Below are positions 26,421-39,072 of a DNA stretch of 64,000 nucleotides, one piece after another. The translations under genes and the position numbers were made by a program. Position 1 is the first letter of the stretch. Each line of letters starts with the position of its first letter. The notes under the pieces are model-generated. The model searched no databases. It saw only the letters and a list, made by a program, of their open reading frames with translations, and was not told the DNA's origin. This stretch comes from Oopsacas minuta (taxonomy: Eukaryota > Animalia > Porifera), in NCBI GenBank assembly GCA_024704765.1, contig JAKMXF010000199.1:434001-498000 (forward strand), read 5' to 3'.

Positions 26421-29400
26421 CTGTATTTCTATACTTATTAGACACGGAAACGAGCACATGGTAGGTTATTCGCTTCCAGTAGGGGACTTTCTCGCACTAT
26501 TCAGGATATTACACGCATGACACAATATCAAATAAAAGTATCCTATAATATTTGTTTAGCGAAGTTCAGCGAAACAAAAAAATAATACAAGCATTCGATT
26601 ATATACTTTGGTTACTATGGTAAGTTAAGTTAAAATGTTTGACTCAACCATTATTCACATGATTCACAAATACAATCTAACTTATCATAAATGCTACAAC
26701 ATTTGTTCTAAACGACTCTAAAAATTAAGGCTGGGATAATCCATATGAGTTGAACCCAGACTTGGTATCAGACTTACATCATCACATTTGTATTTTACCA
26801 GAGTACGGTCGGCAAAATGTGTATGTATGAAGTCATCAAGGTATGAAAAACTCGAAAATTGCAGGGATTGTAGTGAAACGAAGAGGCAAGATATTTCGTT
26901 TTCATTACGAACGTTAAACTACAGCAGTGATCGGTTATAGTGGAGTAATGCTGATAATGTTGATTCATGATGCAATCATCTTTAGTATTTTGACTGGCAA
27001 ATCTCGCTGTGGTTTCCATGACAAAGATATATGCCATGCCCCTGGCATGCTGGCTCTTTTCAAAATGTGAGAGCTTCGTCGTCTCAGTTTTGTAGAAATT
27101 ACTTCTATAATTATATCAAAGAGTAACTCGTATATCAAATGTATTCTAAAAACCATATTTGGAAAATCGAAGAAATCAGATTGGGAAATTCGGCCAAATT
27201 CAATTAATGAGAAAGGATATAAAAGTTTTTTGATTTTGGACGGAAATATCAATTAGGTACCAAAAAATAAACGCTAGTATTTCTCCCAGTTTTTGAAAAT
27301 TCATAAATCAATGAGCCAGTTTGAGTGACACATATCAACAATAAAATAAACTAAAGATTTGAAATTGCATAAATTCGAAAATATTGATACAATAGCCAGA
27401 ATAAATTTGGGTTATTGAAATAATTTTCAATGAAAAAATCAATATTATAACTATATGGTCATTTTCAAGATTGCTTTGTGATCATGAGGGATATACATTT
27501 TGGTAGGCAGTGTAGTTAAAAAGAAAGCAATATAGAATATACAGTATAATAAACTAAGATTCCCATAAGCATATAAAATTTCTATATGATATTTCTTACC
27601 GATGTGACGCAATAATGAATACACCCCTAAAGTCATTTCAATATTAATCAAAAGTTTTCAGAGATATCGAATAAATAATCATATTTGCCAATATCTACTG
27701 GCCGAATTAGACATGACATACATCAAAAAGTACTATACCTGGGAAATTATTTGATATTTCCCTCAATCTTCTGGCAAAAAGTAAATATTCTAGTTTTAGT
27801 ATTTGCAGAAAAATGCAAAATCCAGGGATTAGAAGAAAAATTCAAAGAAATAGTTAGAAAGGATCGGTAACTCTGATTGATAATAAGGGTATGAGAAGGT
27901 GAGTGTTCAAATAGATTTTCGCTAAAATCTGGGACAATGTAAAGCATTTCTGAAAGAATCATGGATATTCATGGATAACAATGATTAAAAACTGGAAAAA
28001 CAACCGAACATGGTAAAAGTGAAAAATGTGGTATAAATAGAACATGATGTTACACTGGAACCCAGCTAATCCGAGCCGTTGCAAATACGAACAGGGTAGC
28101 ATATTAACAGAACCCTTATCCTCCCATAATACAAAGTGACGTTCACAAATCTAGGAAATTGACCTTTCAACAAGCTGAAAAGTGAATAAAAAAATCTTGC
28201 TAACAATGTAGGCCGCCGACAAATAAGAAAAGTATATGAATAAATATAAATCCATAAGTACATGTGGGGTACTTCAATCTAACAAGTGCTACCATGTATA
28301 TTTTAATTAATTCTGTGTAAGGATTTGAGACCCTCTTCTATACGAAAATACATAATGTTAAACTACCAAAAAACAGTCATTCTACAGTTGAAATAGGTAT
28401 TTTTCTGACTGTTTGATTCAAGCAAAATGTAGGGATTCACTTGCTAAATGCTACCTTTGTATTTATTCGATGAAATAAGATAACGAGTGATTTTCTCGAT
28501 TCTCAGGCAGAAAAAGAGCATCAAATTATTTGACAGCTTTACTCTTGACCCAAAATATTTGTCACACTACAGTAAGATTGCACAAACTACAGCATTCGAA
28601 TAACTACATGTAACACTAGTCTCACCACCCTAGTAGAAACACATAATCCTGAAACGAATAACATGGAAAAAATCTAGCAAAAAATATAAAGTTAAACAAT
28701 AGAGGAAAAAAAGAGGTAGCAAGGATAACGTTGCCAAAAGATATCCGCAAGACGTATATTGCCTAGAATGAAATAAAATCCGATCCCTCGCCCGGTTCTA
28801 CTTTTCCAAATGGAACGACGATCCTCTCGATCCTTGAAAGGATGCAGGGAGGATCATATGATGTTTGAAAGAAACATCTTAATGTTGGGGTGAAATAATT
28901 TTAAAAAATAACACATTGTGAAATTTTTCAGATTGAAACGACCTCATAATAAACAAAAATCCTCCATCTTTGATACCACGTAGAAAGATAATTATAATTC
29001 AATGATCAATGTTCAAAATGTTGAATTTATCATTATCTAAACACATTACATAAAAGTTGATGACCTACATTGTCAGCCAGATTATTCCATTAAATTTTCA
29101 GTGTGTTATATGGTAAATTAGCGAAAGGTAACTATATATTCTGACTGGATAGGGGCTATGATATAAAAATTCAGCAGACATATAAGTAATTAAGAGGATA
29201 ATTATATTCAATTATATTTCGAGAAACACACCAATAAGAGGATCATAAATTGGATCCTTTAAGAGTATAAGATGCTAACCTGGAACGCCTATCATTATTT
29301 TAGACAGGATCAGGATCGGGATCTAGATCCTGTTTTGAGGATCTAATGGCCTACATATCAATAATACAATTTTTCGTGTAAAATTCACTTGTTTCTTATT

Positions 29401-29573
29401 ATCGGCGATGATAGAATTGTACATCAAAAGATCTCCCACTGCTTGTATCGTTGGTCCAGTAATAACATACTCAGTGAGCAGGACTTATCTTTGGCAGGCT
29501 ATGTATAGATGTATTTGGATTTAAAAAATGATGCTTATCTATAAGGATAATTAAAAAAATAAATTCATCTTAC

Positions 29574-29954
29574 CTTACGTAGTTCCAAACTAGTTGGATT
29601 TCCAATTATTTGGGAAATTGTACAACCAAACTGAGAAACAGTTAAATTCTTGATCAGTAATATTTTTCGCCCTTGAATATTTGTTGGGATCATTTCTTCG
29701 ATTTTAATAATACAATAACGATCAATATGACCACTTGAAACTTTTTCACTCAATGAAGATACAAGAAGACATGGCTGAAAATGTATTGAGTCACTTACTT
29801 GTAAGCGATATTTTTCGACTACATTGTTGGAAGTATTAGAATTTGGAATCTTCTTTATATTAATTACTTGCATAAATGTTTCAGAAGTGGGATGACCATC
29901 AAGATAAGATTCAATAGCACCAGCTGTCAATTTGATATTATTTGCTAAATCCAT
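29574..29954 (-). CDS. RPA1: RPA70 first coding exon (N-terminal OB fold, RPA70N)
   Basis: ATG at 29954, preceded by a polypyrimidine tract and ttccag acceptor (implies an upstream 5' UTR exon); LTAGAI...MQVINIKKI...KYRLQVSD...KILLIKNLTV...IIGNP; donor AAG|gtaaga after 127 codons (phase 0). Confidence 0.92.
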
Positions 29955-30959
29955 CACTGGAAGTGAACAGACAAAGATAACAAAGAATAAATTCTAGTTC
30001 ATGAGATTTTAGTTTGCAACACTTTCTTGATATATGTAGTATACTAACCGGGAAAAATATTTCAACATCACCCTCATGCCCTGACTATCCAGCAAACATT
30101 TGCATTTCCATACGATAATATACCGGAGGGAATTATTAGAACACATTAGTAAACATAGATCTGATTAAACCTACAATAGTTTACCCAATCAGATATGTTT
30201 CTAATCAGATATTTTCTAGCCACATTTCCCAGCAAATAGACAATGTACATAGTAATACACAAGTTCACAATATTCGAATGAACCGGGACAATATAAAATT
30301 GATTAAAAGAAATTTGGTTGAGACATTTACATTTATTATTCTGGCTGCAAATGGCAGAAGAGGCAAAGCACTGAAATATTGAAACCACAATGCGATAAAA
30401 TATGAAAAGAATTTCAGATTCTCGAAACAATCTTGCGATTATTTGTTTTCTTGGAAATACAGCGGATTGGAAAATTCGTGCTCACATACGAAGTGGCCCA
30501 AAAATGTAAGTGCCATTTATACCAACAGTGGCACAAAAATTAACATATAGCTCAAAAAGATTCGCTCTTAACAAATCTAAATATTCATAAGGGCGTAAAT
30601 CAGGCCGGTAGAATCAAAAATGATATCAGAAATTTTCCATCTCATTTGAGTTTTGCGTGATTAGAAATAGCATAATAAAAATTCATAATTATCGCTTAAT
30701 TATACAGTCCGATCATATCTAGAATCACTTATTGGTTGTCAGTTTGTAATCAAGGAGCGTAACCCCAATATTCTCATTTAACTATAGTCTTGCCATTCGC
30801 GATTTTGCCAATATTGACAATTCTGAGGAACGTAACCCCCGCGAACGGCGTGGGCTGTCTGTATTTAAGTGTTATTATCCCGAAATTTATAACAAAAAGC
30901 TAAAGTTCACTCGATCCACAAAAAGTTAATATCTATACTTTCAAACTTAAGAAAATATT

Positions 30960-31450
30960 GAGAGAAATGAGCATTACTCAATATATTAATCTCTAACAAC
31001 ACATAAATACATTTCTGATTCCTTATCTGGCTTCAGAATACTACATGTATGTCTAACAGCTTTGACTAAACTCCAAATGAATGGACAATGAAAGTGGAAA
31101 ATAGTTACCTGAATGCTCTATTGCTCTTGGACTTAGGAAAGCCTTTTATCTAGTCAATCATACTGTGTGTATTGACAGTACCACATTCATTCACAATTCT
31201 CTTTGCTGAGGATACTAGTCATACTACCCTGAAGATCTAACTCATCACTTAACTTCTGATCTCTATAGAATATCGGAATGGTGCTATCACAAGAAAATGG
31301 TATTGAATCTTGAAAAAGTTTTGCTGTATAGTCATTGCAAACTATCAATGATCCGTAATTTTCCTAAGAATATCTTTGAAGCTGCCTGAAATGAAATCAA
31401 TAAAATAGGTTTAGAATCGTAAGAATAAGGGAACTATAAATAATAATCTT
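30960..31450 (+). pseudogene. CR1/L2-type LINE RT remnant with internal deletion
   Basis: LSGFR, LNALLLLDL-KAF-LVNH and SDLYRISEWCYHKKMVLNLEK segments. Confidence 0.6.
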
Positions 31451-31994
31451 GCATGCAAGGCCCAAAACGTAAATTAGGGGGAACTATTGCTATTAATCTT
31501 GTACTTGTATATTGTATCAACGAATACCTCCCACTTCATGCCAGAAAACCATTTGGTACAACTATAGTTTTGGTTTGGTAGTCTATTTTTAGAATCAAGC
31601 ATAGGGCTTGATTGGTAGCTATAGTACCCAGAGAATAGAACTTTGGAACAAAAATCAGACAGAATTTGACTAAGTTAAATTGATTGTCCTATAAAAGCCA
31701 AAGTCTATGGATAAATGCTACAATATTGAAAGAAGCAAAATCATGGATAATCACTGTTGTATTTACATTAGTTTTCATGTGCTTACTATATACACATATT
31801 CAGCTCTTCTATGAGTAATTAATAAATAATCAATTGGTACTACGAAAGCATTTAATTCATTTTCTGGAAGATTTGATGCATATCTTTCCTGCCATCACCT
31901 AGTAATTACTTGCGACTTGGCCAACGTTCTTTTGAAAAATTGATTAAAAGGGGGCTGATAAAGTGTACAAATTTGTATTAATTATCCTGGTAGG

Positions 31995-32160
31995 CACGCA
32001 CAAATTCACAGTGAATCTGACTTATCGTAATTTTCTTCATTCAATTTCAACTGTCTGCACCTATTCACATTGGATCTGACTTGCAACACGTTCCTTGATT
32101 CTATTTCATGGATCTGACTTGTATCAAGTTTCTTCATTCAATTTCACATCTCACACTGCT
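31995..32160 (+). repeat. Block of ~50-60-bp degenerate repeats (left arm of an inverted pair)
   Basis: Repeated GATCTGACTT...TTCATTCAATTTCA units; 24-bp exact inverted match between 32037-32060 and 33576-33599. Confidence 0.8.
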
Positions 32161-32169
32161 TTAATTTGA

Positions 32170-33480
32170 ACCCAAAAATGCTTGTTCCTCCCCAACACAG
32201 AGGTCACATTCGACCCCATAAATACTTGCACGTGCACTACACAAAGGACATTTTTCCGCTATTTATTCTTGTTTATCTTGCACATTTTGGTTATATTAGA
32301 ACATAGACATGCGTCTATATATACAACACAGAGGTCATATTCCTCAATTATTATTTATGCATTCGACACAAATATGTCACAATTACCACATAAATGCTTG
32401 TACACTATACTGCGGTCTTTTATGACCCAATATATACAATTACATAAACTACACAGAGTGCATTTTGAATATATATGCAAACCCGCACATGTATTACACA
32501 ATTCTCATTTTTGGCCATATAACTACATGTACATGCACTTTACAATCGTAATTTTTGACCGCACAAAAACTTGTACATACACAGCACTGTGAGTCATTTT
32601 TGTCCTTAAAATACCTGTAAATGCAGTACACACAGTTTATCTTTGACTCGAAAACAACTTGACATCCTACACAATTTAATCATTTTAACAAAATATATAC
32701 TTGTACAAACAATATACTGCGCTCAATTTACCCTATTAATACTTGTACATACAGTGCTCTGCGGCTAAATTTGACCGCAGAAATACTCAAGAATGCCCTA
32801 CACCGAGGTGATTTTTTACACTTTATATACTTGTACAAAGACTACAAAGCGGGCAATTTTGACAGTACAACAACTTGTACATGCAGCACATTACGTTCAT
32901 TTTTGACATAATAAATTATTATACATACTGTACTTTGCTGGAAATTTAACCCTATAAATACGTGTATATGCAGTGCACTGGGCCAATATTATCGCTGAAA
33001 TACTCATTCATAACTACCCCGCTGGCAGTTTCGACCTCATAAATACTTATGCAAACACAACAATCCGCCCAATTTTTACCCTATATATACTTGTATGTAC
33101 AGTAAACAAAGGTCATAATTGGCCACATTCTATAATGAACCTACACAACAATGCGTTCATTTTTGAAACTAATATCTTGGTAAAGTTTAATACAGAGGAT
33201 ATTTTTGTAACTATACAGTCTTGTACAACAGTAAACTTCGGTCAATGTTGACACTATAAATTCTTGTACATAAATTAGACTACTGGCAATTTTGGCCTTT
33301 ATATACTTCGAAATACGCTACACAAGGATAATCTTTGACCCTAGAACATCTTGTTCATACATCACAATGCAGTGATTTTTGACCAAATAAATACTGATGA
33401 ATGCACTACGCAGAAAACTTATTTGACCCTATAAATACTTGTGCACACAGCACCAAGTGGGCAATTTTGACCCTTAAATG
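32170..33480 (-). repeat. Degenerate 43-44-bp satellite array 1 (~30 units)
   Basis: Reverse complement of the consensus TGTAGTGCATGTACAAGTATTTATAGGGTCAAAAATGACC(C/T)C(A/T)G recurs about every 43-44 bp. Confidence 0.9.
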
Positions 33481-33539
33481 AAATAACTTGCTACTAGTCA
33501 GTTTCACAGTTAACATATCCTGACATTTAAAATGTCCTA

Positions 33540-33760
33540 AATATACTTGGTAAAAGTCAGATACACATTGAATTTGTGCAGACAGTTGAAATTGAATGAT
33601 ACCACTTGGTATATGTCAGAATCACAGTGAATATGTACTAACATGTGAAATTGAACGAAAAAACTTCATCCTTGTCAGAATGAAATAGAATATGTGGTGA
33701 CATGTGAAATGGAAGAAAACAATTGTTACCAGTATTCTTCATTCATTTTCACATATTAGC
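33540..33760 (-). repeat. Block of ~60-bp degenerate repeats (right arm of the inverted pair)
   Basis: AAGTCAGAT...GTGAAATTGAA units, the reverse complement of the 31995-32160 block. Confidence 0.8.
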
Positions 33761-33899
33761 ACATATTTGGTTGATTATGACATGTAACAAGTGTACATGG
33801 AGACACTAATGTATTTCCCATTGAAATGTATTATGATCAAATCATGAACAAAGATATTGACTTGAAATTATGCTATAACCTAGCTAAGTAAATATTGAT

Positions 33900-34400
33900 T
33901 CATAATATATTCAATTGTTCGATATAGCCCCCTTTCTTTCAATGACAGCTCTTATCCGCTTAGATACGGATTTGACGGCGGCACGCAACATTTCCTGCGG
34001 GATCTTTGCCCATTCTCGGAATAAAGATGTTCTTAGAGACTTGATACTCTTCAGGGAAGTAGACACGCATGTCTCCAACATCGACCACAAAGAGAAGTCC
34101 ACCGGGTTTTGATATCGTACTATTAATAGTACGATATATCAATTCTCTGCCCGATTTGGGTAATTTCAGAATGTTCAATATTTCGCCCTGGCTTTCCCTT
34201 GTAAAATAACTTAACAATAGCAGCCCTATCTTCTCGATTTTGCCTAGAATCTTTAGCTTGTTCAGAATGTATAGATTACCTTTGAATACTTTTAAGAATG
34301 TATATTGTTATTTATCTTACACTATTACTGTTTAATCAGGTTTTTTAATACAGCACTATACTTCATCAAACATATGGGACAGAACTTATTTGCCGCCCTG
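33900..34400 (-). mobile_element. Internally deleted Tc1/mariner element (maT/DD37D-like C-terminus), one terminus
   Basis: DFSLWSMLE...W.KIPQEMLRAAV..RIRAVIERKG; a TA-flanked end CAGGGCGGCAAATAAGTTCTGTCCC at 34400. Confidence 0.65.
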
Positions 34401-35152
34401 TATTCAGTCCGTTTTTACTGTCTAAAATTTATTCACGATGATTCTAAAAATTACAAAGTATTCTATTCTCTATCAACTCTCTGAACATATTCACTCCGAT
34501 TCACAATGTTACAAGTTATATCATTCTACTTCAACTGTCTTAAGGTTTAAGTATCCCGTAGACAACCTAACAAACAAGTTTTAGCCAGAGAATTTTAAAA
34601 AATTTTGTATGTTATTGAAACAATAAGACAAAATCAAAAATGTAATATACATAAACTCTCCAATAAAATCTTTTCAATTATAATTTACAATTAATAGAGA
34701 CAATATTTAGAAAAGTTGAAAATTTGCCATGGCAGAGAGCCGTTAAATTCACACACACAAATATGAATAGAAATGTGAATGCAATGGAATAGCGAATTTC
34801 AATCATTTGTATATATTATGTATCGAACGCGTAATTACTTATTAGTTTAAACTGAAATAATGATTCTTTGGAAAATAAATGTATCCATATGAATTATGTC
34901 AATTTTATGTCGCATCAACCTTTTCAAACTCAATTAGATTCAACTGAATTTGTTGAGTTTGTGTAAATCGGCCCTATGTAACTAGAGCTATGCCGAATTG
35001 TGCATTAACATATTTATTCCAAAATAGAAGCCCAAATATGTAGTTATATACATGAATGCAATAACTTTCATGCTTTCATGTAAGTTTCACAATATCGCCA
35101 GTTAAAGTATGTTACTAACACTGTCTTAGGTAATACACTATAGTGAAAATAT

Positions 35153-38100
35153 TCACACTTTATAAGGAACATATCCATATGTCTTCTGTTCAGTACTACA
35201 AACATCGAAATTAGAATTATTGAGACAAAAAACATGAAACCAACTTAAACAAACTTCATAATTTATCCAATCAAAACAATTTATAATAGATAAATTCCTA
35301 CCACTGCTTAACGCACAACTATCATCATCAACACCACACAACCTACCAAGCTCAACAGTACTAGAACTAATTTCGTTGACAAAGGAATATGCACCACTTG
35401 TATACCCTTCACCAACCCATTTTCACTTACGCCATGATTGTTTTATCGAAATCTACGTTTGAGATAAATCTTCCCTATTTGATATCGACAATGATAAAGT
35501 CTATCCTTATCCACATCACTATAATACCTAATGAATGTTGTACAAGGTACTAATCCCAATTTTCAACGAAATCTAAATGCCTGAAAAGTCATCATTGTAT
35601 CTTATTACTGTGAGACTTGCACCAAATTGCATCAGGTCTAGGGCAATTGCTGTGTTTTACTCACACTAGTCCAGATTAACTGATGCAAAACCTCTTTCAA
35701 ATTGGAGGTCCGTCCCCCTTTCACCCTATCCAAGTATTCTAATGACATATATGGTGCCATAATAGCTAAAACACGGTCCGTACATTTCTGAAAGAGAGTT
35801 CTTGGATGGGAAGGAATATCTCCTCCCAAAAACATTACATTTTGGTAATGACACCTAGAGCTAACTCGAGTAGGACAATATTGGTGCATTTCAGTGCAAT
35901 TCTCAGAAGTTGCTGACAAATAATCAACAATGGCCAATAACAAATATCGTATCTCTGATAAAGAACGATGCGATTTGGACTTGATAGTAAAGCCATGTAG
36001 AGAAACAATTTTATCAATCATTGGGTCAGTAAATTCCTCGATCATAGAATAATCATTCATATCGTCACAACTATTCCACTTATTTCTAACTAGTTTGGAG
36101 TCTCTAGACGTGATATGTTTATAAGACTGATGAATGGTCTTTTTGTCCTTCTCATATTTAGTTTTTGATAACTCGTTTACTATAATGGACTTGTTGGAAG
36201 AAATATAGTCCTTCTCTTTCTCAACTATATGTATCCTCAACCCCATTTGAACATCTCTAAGGCATTCTTCACGAGAAATTTCAACGCAAAGTCACCATAA
36301 ACATCGAATTGTACTATTAAATTACACTTTTATCGTCTCCATCTACTACTATTTTAGAATATAATAAATTCTGATCTAAAGACTTGTGAAATACCACAGG
36401 TGCTAACTTTGACTCCAATGCAACTGAATTTAAATAACCATATTCTTTGGCTTGGACTAATTTTTTGTTGCCAAACCAAAGGCGAAATTTTTCTATGGAC
36501 AGGGATTTATCTTTTCAAGCTTCTTGCTTATCTACACGGTATCTACAACCATTGCATGCAGCCTTAAATCTTACTACTTGATCGGTTTCAATAAAAAGGG
36601 CTGAGGCATAGCAATATCTAGCAAATCCACCCCCTCCTTTACCAGTTCTCTTTTGATAGGCCCTCTCTTAGGAAACTGAAACGTAAAAAATACCTCATCG
36701 GATTTAAGGTACAAATTCCTCAATTTTTGAACTGCACGGTAGCAACAACGTACAGCAATTTCCATGGAAAGCTTTTGACAATGTTTTAGGGTTGCATAGA
36801 ATGCTTATTTACTAGGATAGGAGGCAAACCTATTAGTAAATGTGTTGTATCCGCAGGGTGTGTAATGATTGATGTGTATATTTCTATTCTAAGATCTTTA
36901 TATATATATTAGTATTATTAAATCTATTTGAATGCATATTATTCTATTACGTTTTAGTTATGAATATACATAATCTTGAATATTATTCATATAACTTAAC
37001 CCATATTTGTACGAAAGTTCAACTTTTCTATATTCTTGAAAGTTTGTCTATTATTCATGGTCAAAGAGCATCTTGTATCTTCATTTACAGAGCTATTGGG
37101 ATGGTAGAAGCAGGATTTTCTCAAAGAAAGTGCGCTAGGATAATAGGTGCAGATATTAGCAAAATCATACTTTTTGGATTGGTACAAGTTTGGGGAATCC
37201 CTTCATAATAAATCGGTTCGTGGACCAAATTATCCATCCCTAGAGTTCTGAAAACTATTTTGGCAAGATGAATAAGCAAAAAGAACCAATCTACTACAAA
37301 ACAAGTAAAGAGAATAATGCTAGAGGTTTTGAAGAACAACCTTCTTTCTGCAATACGAAAAACAGTTTTAAACTGGTAGGTTTTGAGCAAAGCATTGCTG
37401 CCGGAGATGTCCAACTCCATCTTTCAACACAATGGTGCTCCTGCGCATCACGCAAAAATAACCCAAGAATGGTTCAGTAGCAACCTGAAAAGCTTTTGAG
37501 CGAAAGCTATTTATCCAGGAAACCCATCGAATCTTATTCCAGAAGAGAACCTCTAGTCAATTCTCCAAGCAGAGGTAGATACAATGGCACGTCAACAAAT
37601 GCAGGAATGCAGATCAAGAACATAAAATTAGATTGGTCGCAAATCCAATGAGATATTTGGCACAAAATCCAAATAGGAATGCCAGAAAGCATAAAATATG
37701 ATATCAAACTGAAGAGAGCACATATAGGCAAATGAACTATTACATAATAATAACACATTTCTAGAATATATATCCTTGTATTAGAGGGCATCAATCACTA
37801 TACACCCTGTAAGCCACTTTTACCAAAGTATTCTCCTGCTTAATATCTGTAATAAATTGTGACCAAACATAATTATATTGTCGCTATCAGTGGATTGCAA
37901 GGACCTAGGGAGCTTATAGAATTCAGAGGAATGTCTACAATGATCGCAAATAATATAATAATGTTTTGTAATTCCGTTCACAAAAGAAGATTGGAAACAC
38001 TTTAGATTCCCTCTTTTACAATTTTTATAGAGAGCTGCAGCTGATAAACTAGCTTCTAAAATACCAATGTCAACTAGCGCTTGACCTTCTGCTTTGGCTA

Positions 38101-38278
38101 GGCTCTTGATTATCGGATTGTCCTTTCCCACAACAAATATCTCCGTTCCCGTATGCTGTATACTTTCAATATCCTCACTAATACGAATGTTCTTATCAGA
38201 GGCTGAAGACGGGACATCATCATCAAACTCACAATGGCTAACATTACTATCAACTGAATTATCAAACCTGGCTGCCAT
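35153..38278 (-). pseudogene. Mutator-like/Kolobok-type DDE transposase, degenerate, interrupted by a Tc1-like insertion
   Basis: Ordered motifs ICDHC, GKSGL..LIGLPP, PKRG, VDGDD, YG...REEC..VQMGLR, TDPMIDK, HQYCP..RCHYQ, GGRTSN.KE.LHQLIW and EGYTSGAY, as in Mutator-like/Kolobok transposases; a PHD-like tail follows. TIRs not found. Confidence 0.8.
36854..37809 (+). mobile_element. Deleted Tc1-like (DD37E-type) element nested in the Mutator/Kolobok-like ORF
   Basis: 21-bp TIRs CAGGGTGT(G/A)TA(A/G)TGATTGATG; RAIGMVEAGFSQRKCARIIG HTH and IFQHNGAPAHHAKITQEWF remnants; the host ORF rejoins across the insertion. Confidence 0.8.
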
Positions 38279-39072
38279 ATTCGTGAGTTCTAAATCCTGG
38301 AACTGATCTATAATAAGATCAGCTAAATTGCAAACTTGACTACTGGAGGCAGGCGATCGGAATATTTTATGAGACGAAATACCATGAAAGACTCTTTCTT
38401 TTATGCCTGAATGTTGTGTCTTTTAACTTTTACACGTCACAGATGACATTTGACGTGGTTAATGGAACAGACACGTTAGATGGTTGAATAAAGTCAAATC
38501 TCTGTGGGACAATAGCAGTAAATTCATTCGTTACAAGGTTATCCTGATCTTACGGATCAGGGCCCAATTCAATACCTCCAATTACAGGTAAAGTACAAAT
38601 TATACAAGGTAGAACGGATATTGATATGCCAAAAGTTTCTGATAGTTCAGTGAACAACAAATTTCATAAGAACTATATATGAAATTTTAATGATAGGATT
38701 GCTGCTTTAAATTCGCTTTCACGCCATTTGCACACAAAGTATTTAAACTGATGGGAATATTACTAGTAGTTGAAAACGAAGAAGATCGAAAGGAGTGGTC
38801 TAGAAGGAAGAAGAATAAAATAAGTTGTATATAATCTTCTAAGGATATGGTCAGTAGAGTTTCGAAAGTACAATACCGGATAACGAAGTTGTACTATGTC
38901 CAAGTCTAGCAAATCCAACAATTAAATATGACTCTAGTATGTCTGTTGGCATGAAATTGGAAAAACAATTTGTGTTACCTGATAGTAAATGAAATTTCGA
39001 AAGGTTAAGAAGAAGAAATATTTACAGACTTAGATTTCATAGAATGAGCTTCTTTAGATTATAAGTTACATA

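Noticed and set aside
25615-29345. GGATC/GATCC-rich clusters at ~25615-25745, 28780-28860 and 29230-29345
   Set aside because: Probably subterminal repeats of old hAT MITEs, but no matching TIR pair or TSD could be established.
32182-33251. ORFs of 136 and 92 aa (also 55343-55561 and 62847-63125)
   Set aside because: They lie inside the satellite arrays and show no protein motifs.
34540-34570. TTAA|GG as a possible Kolobok terminus
   Set aside because: No inverted partner found on the other side of the transposase.
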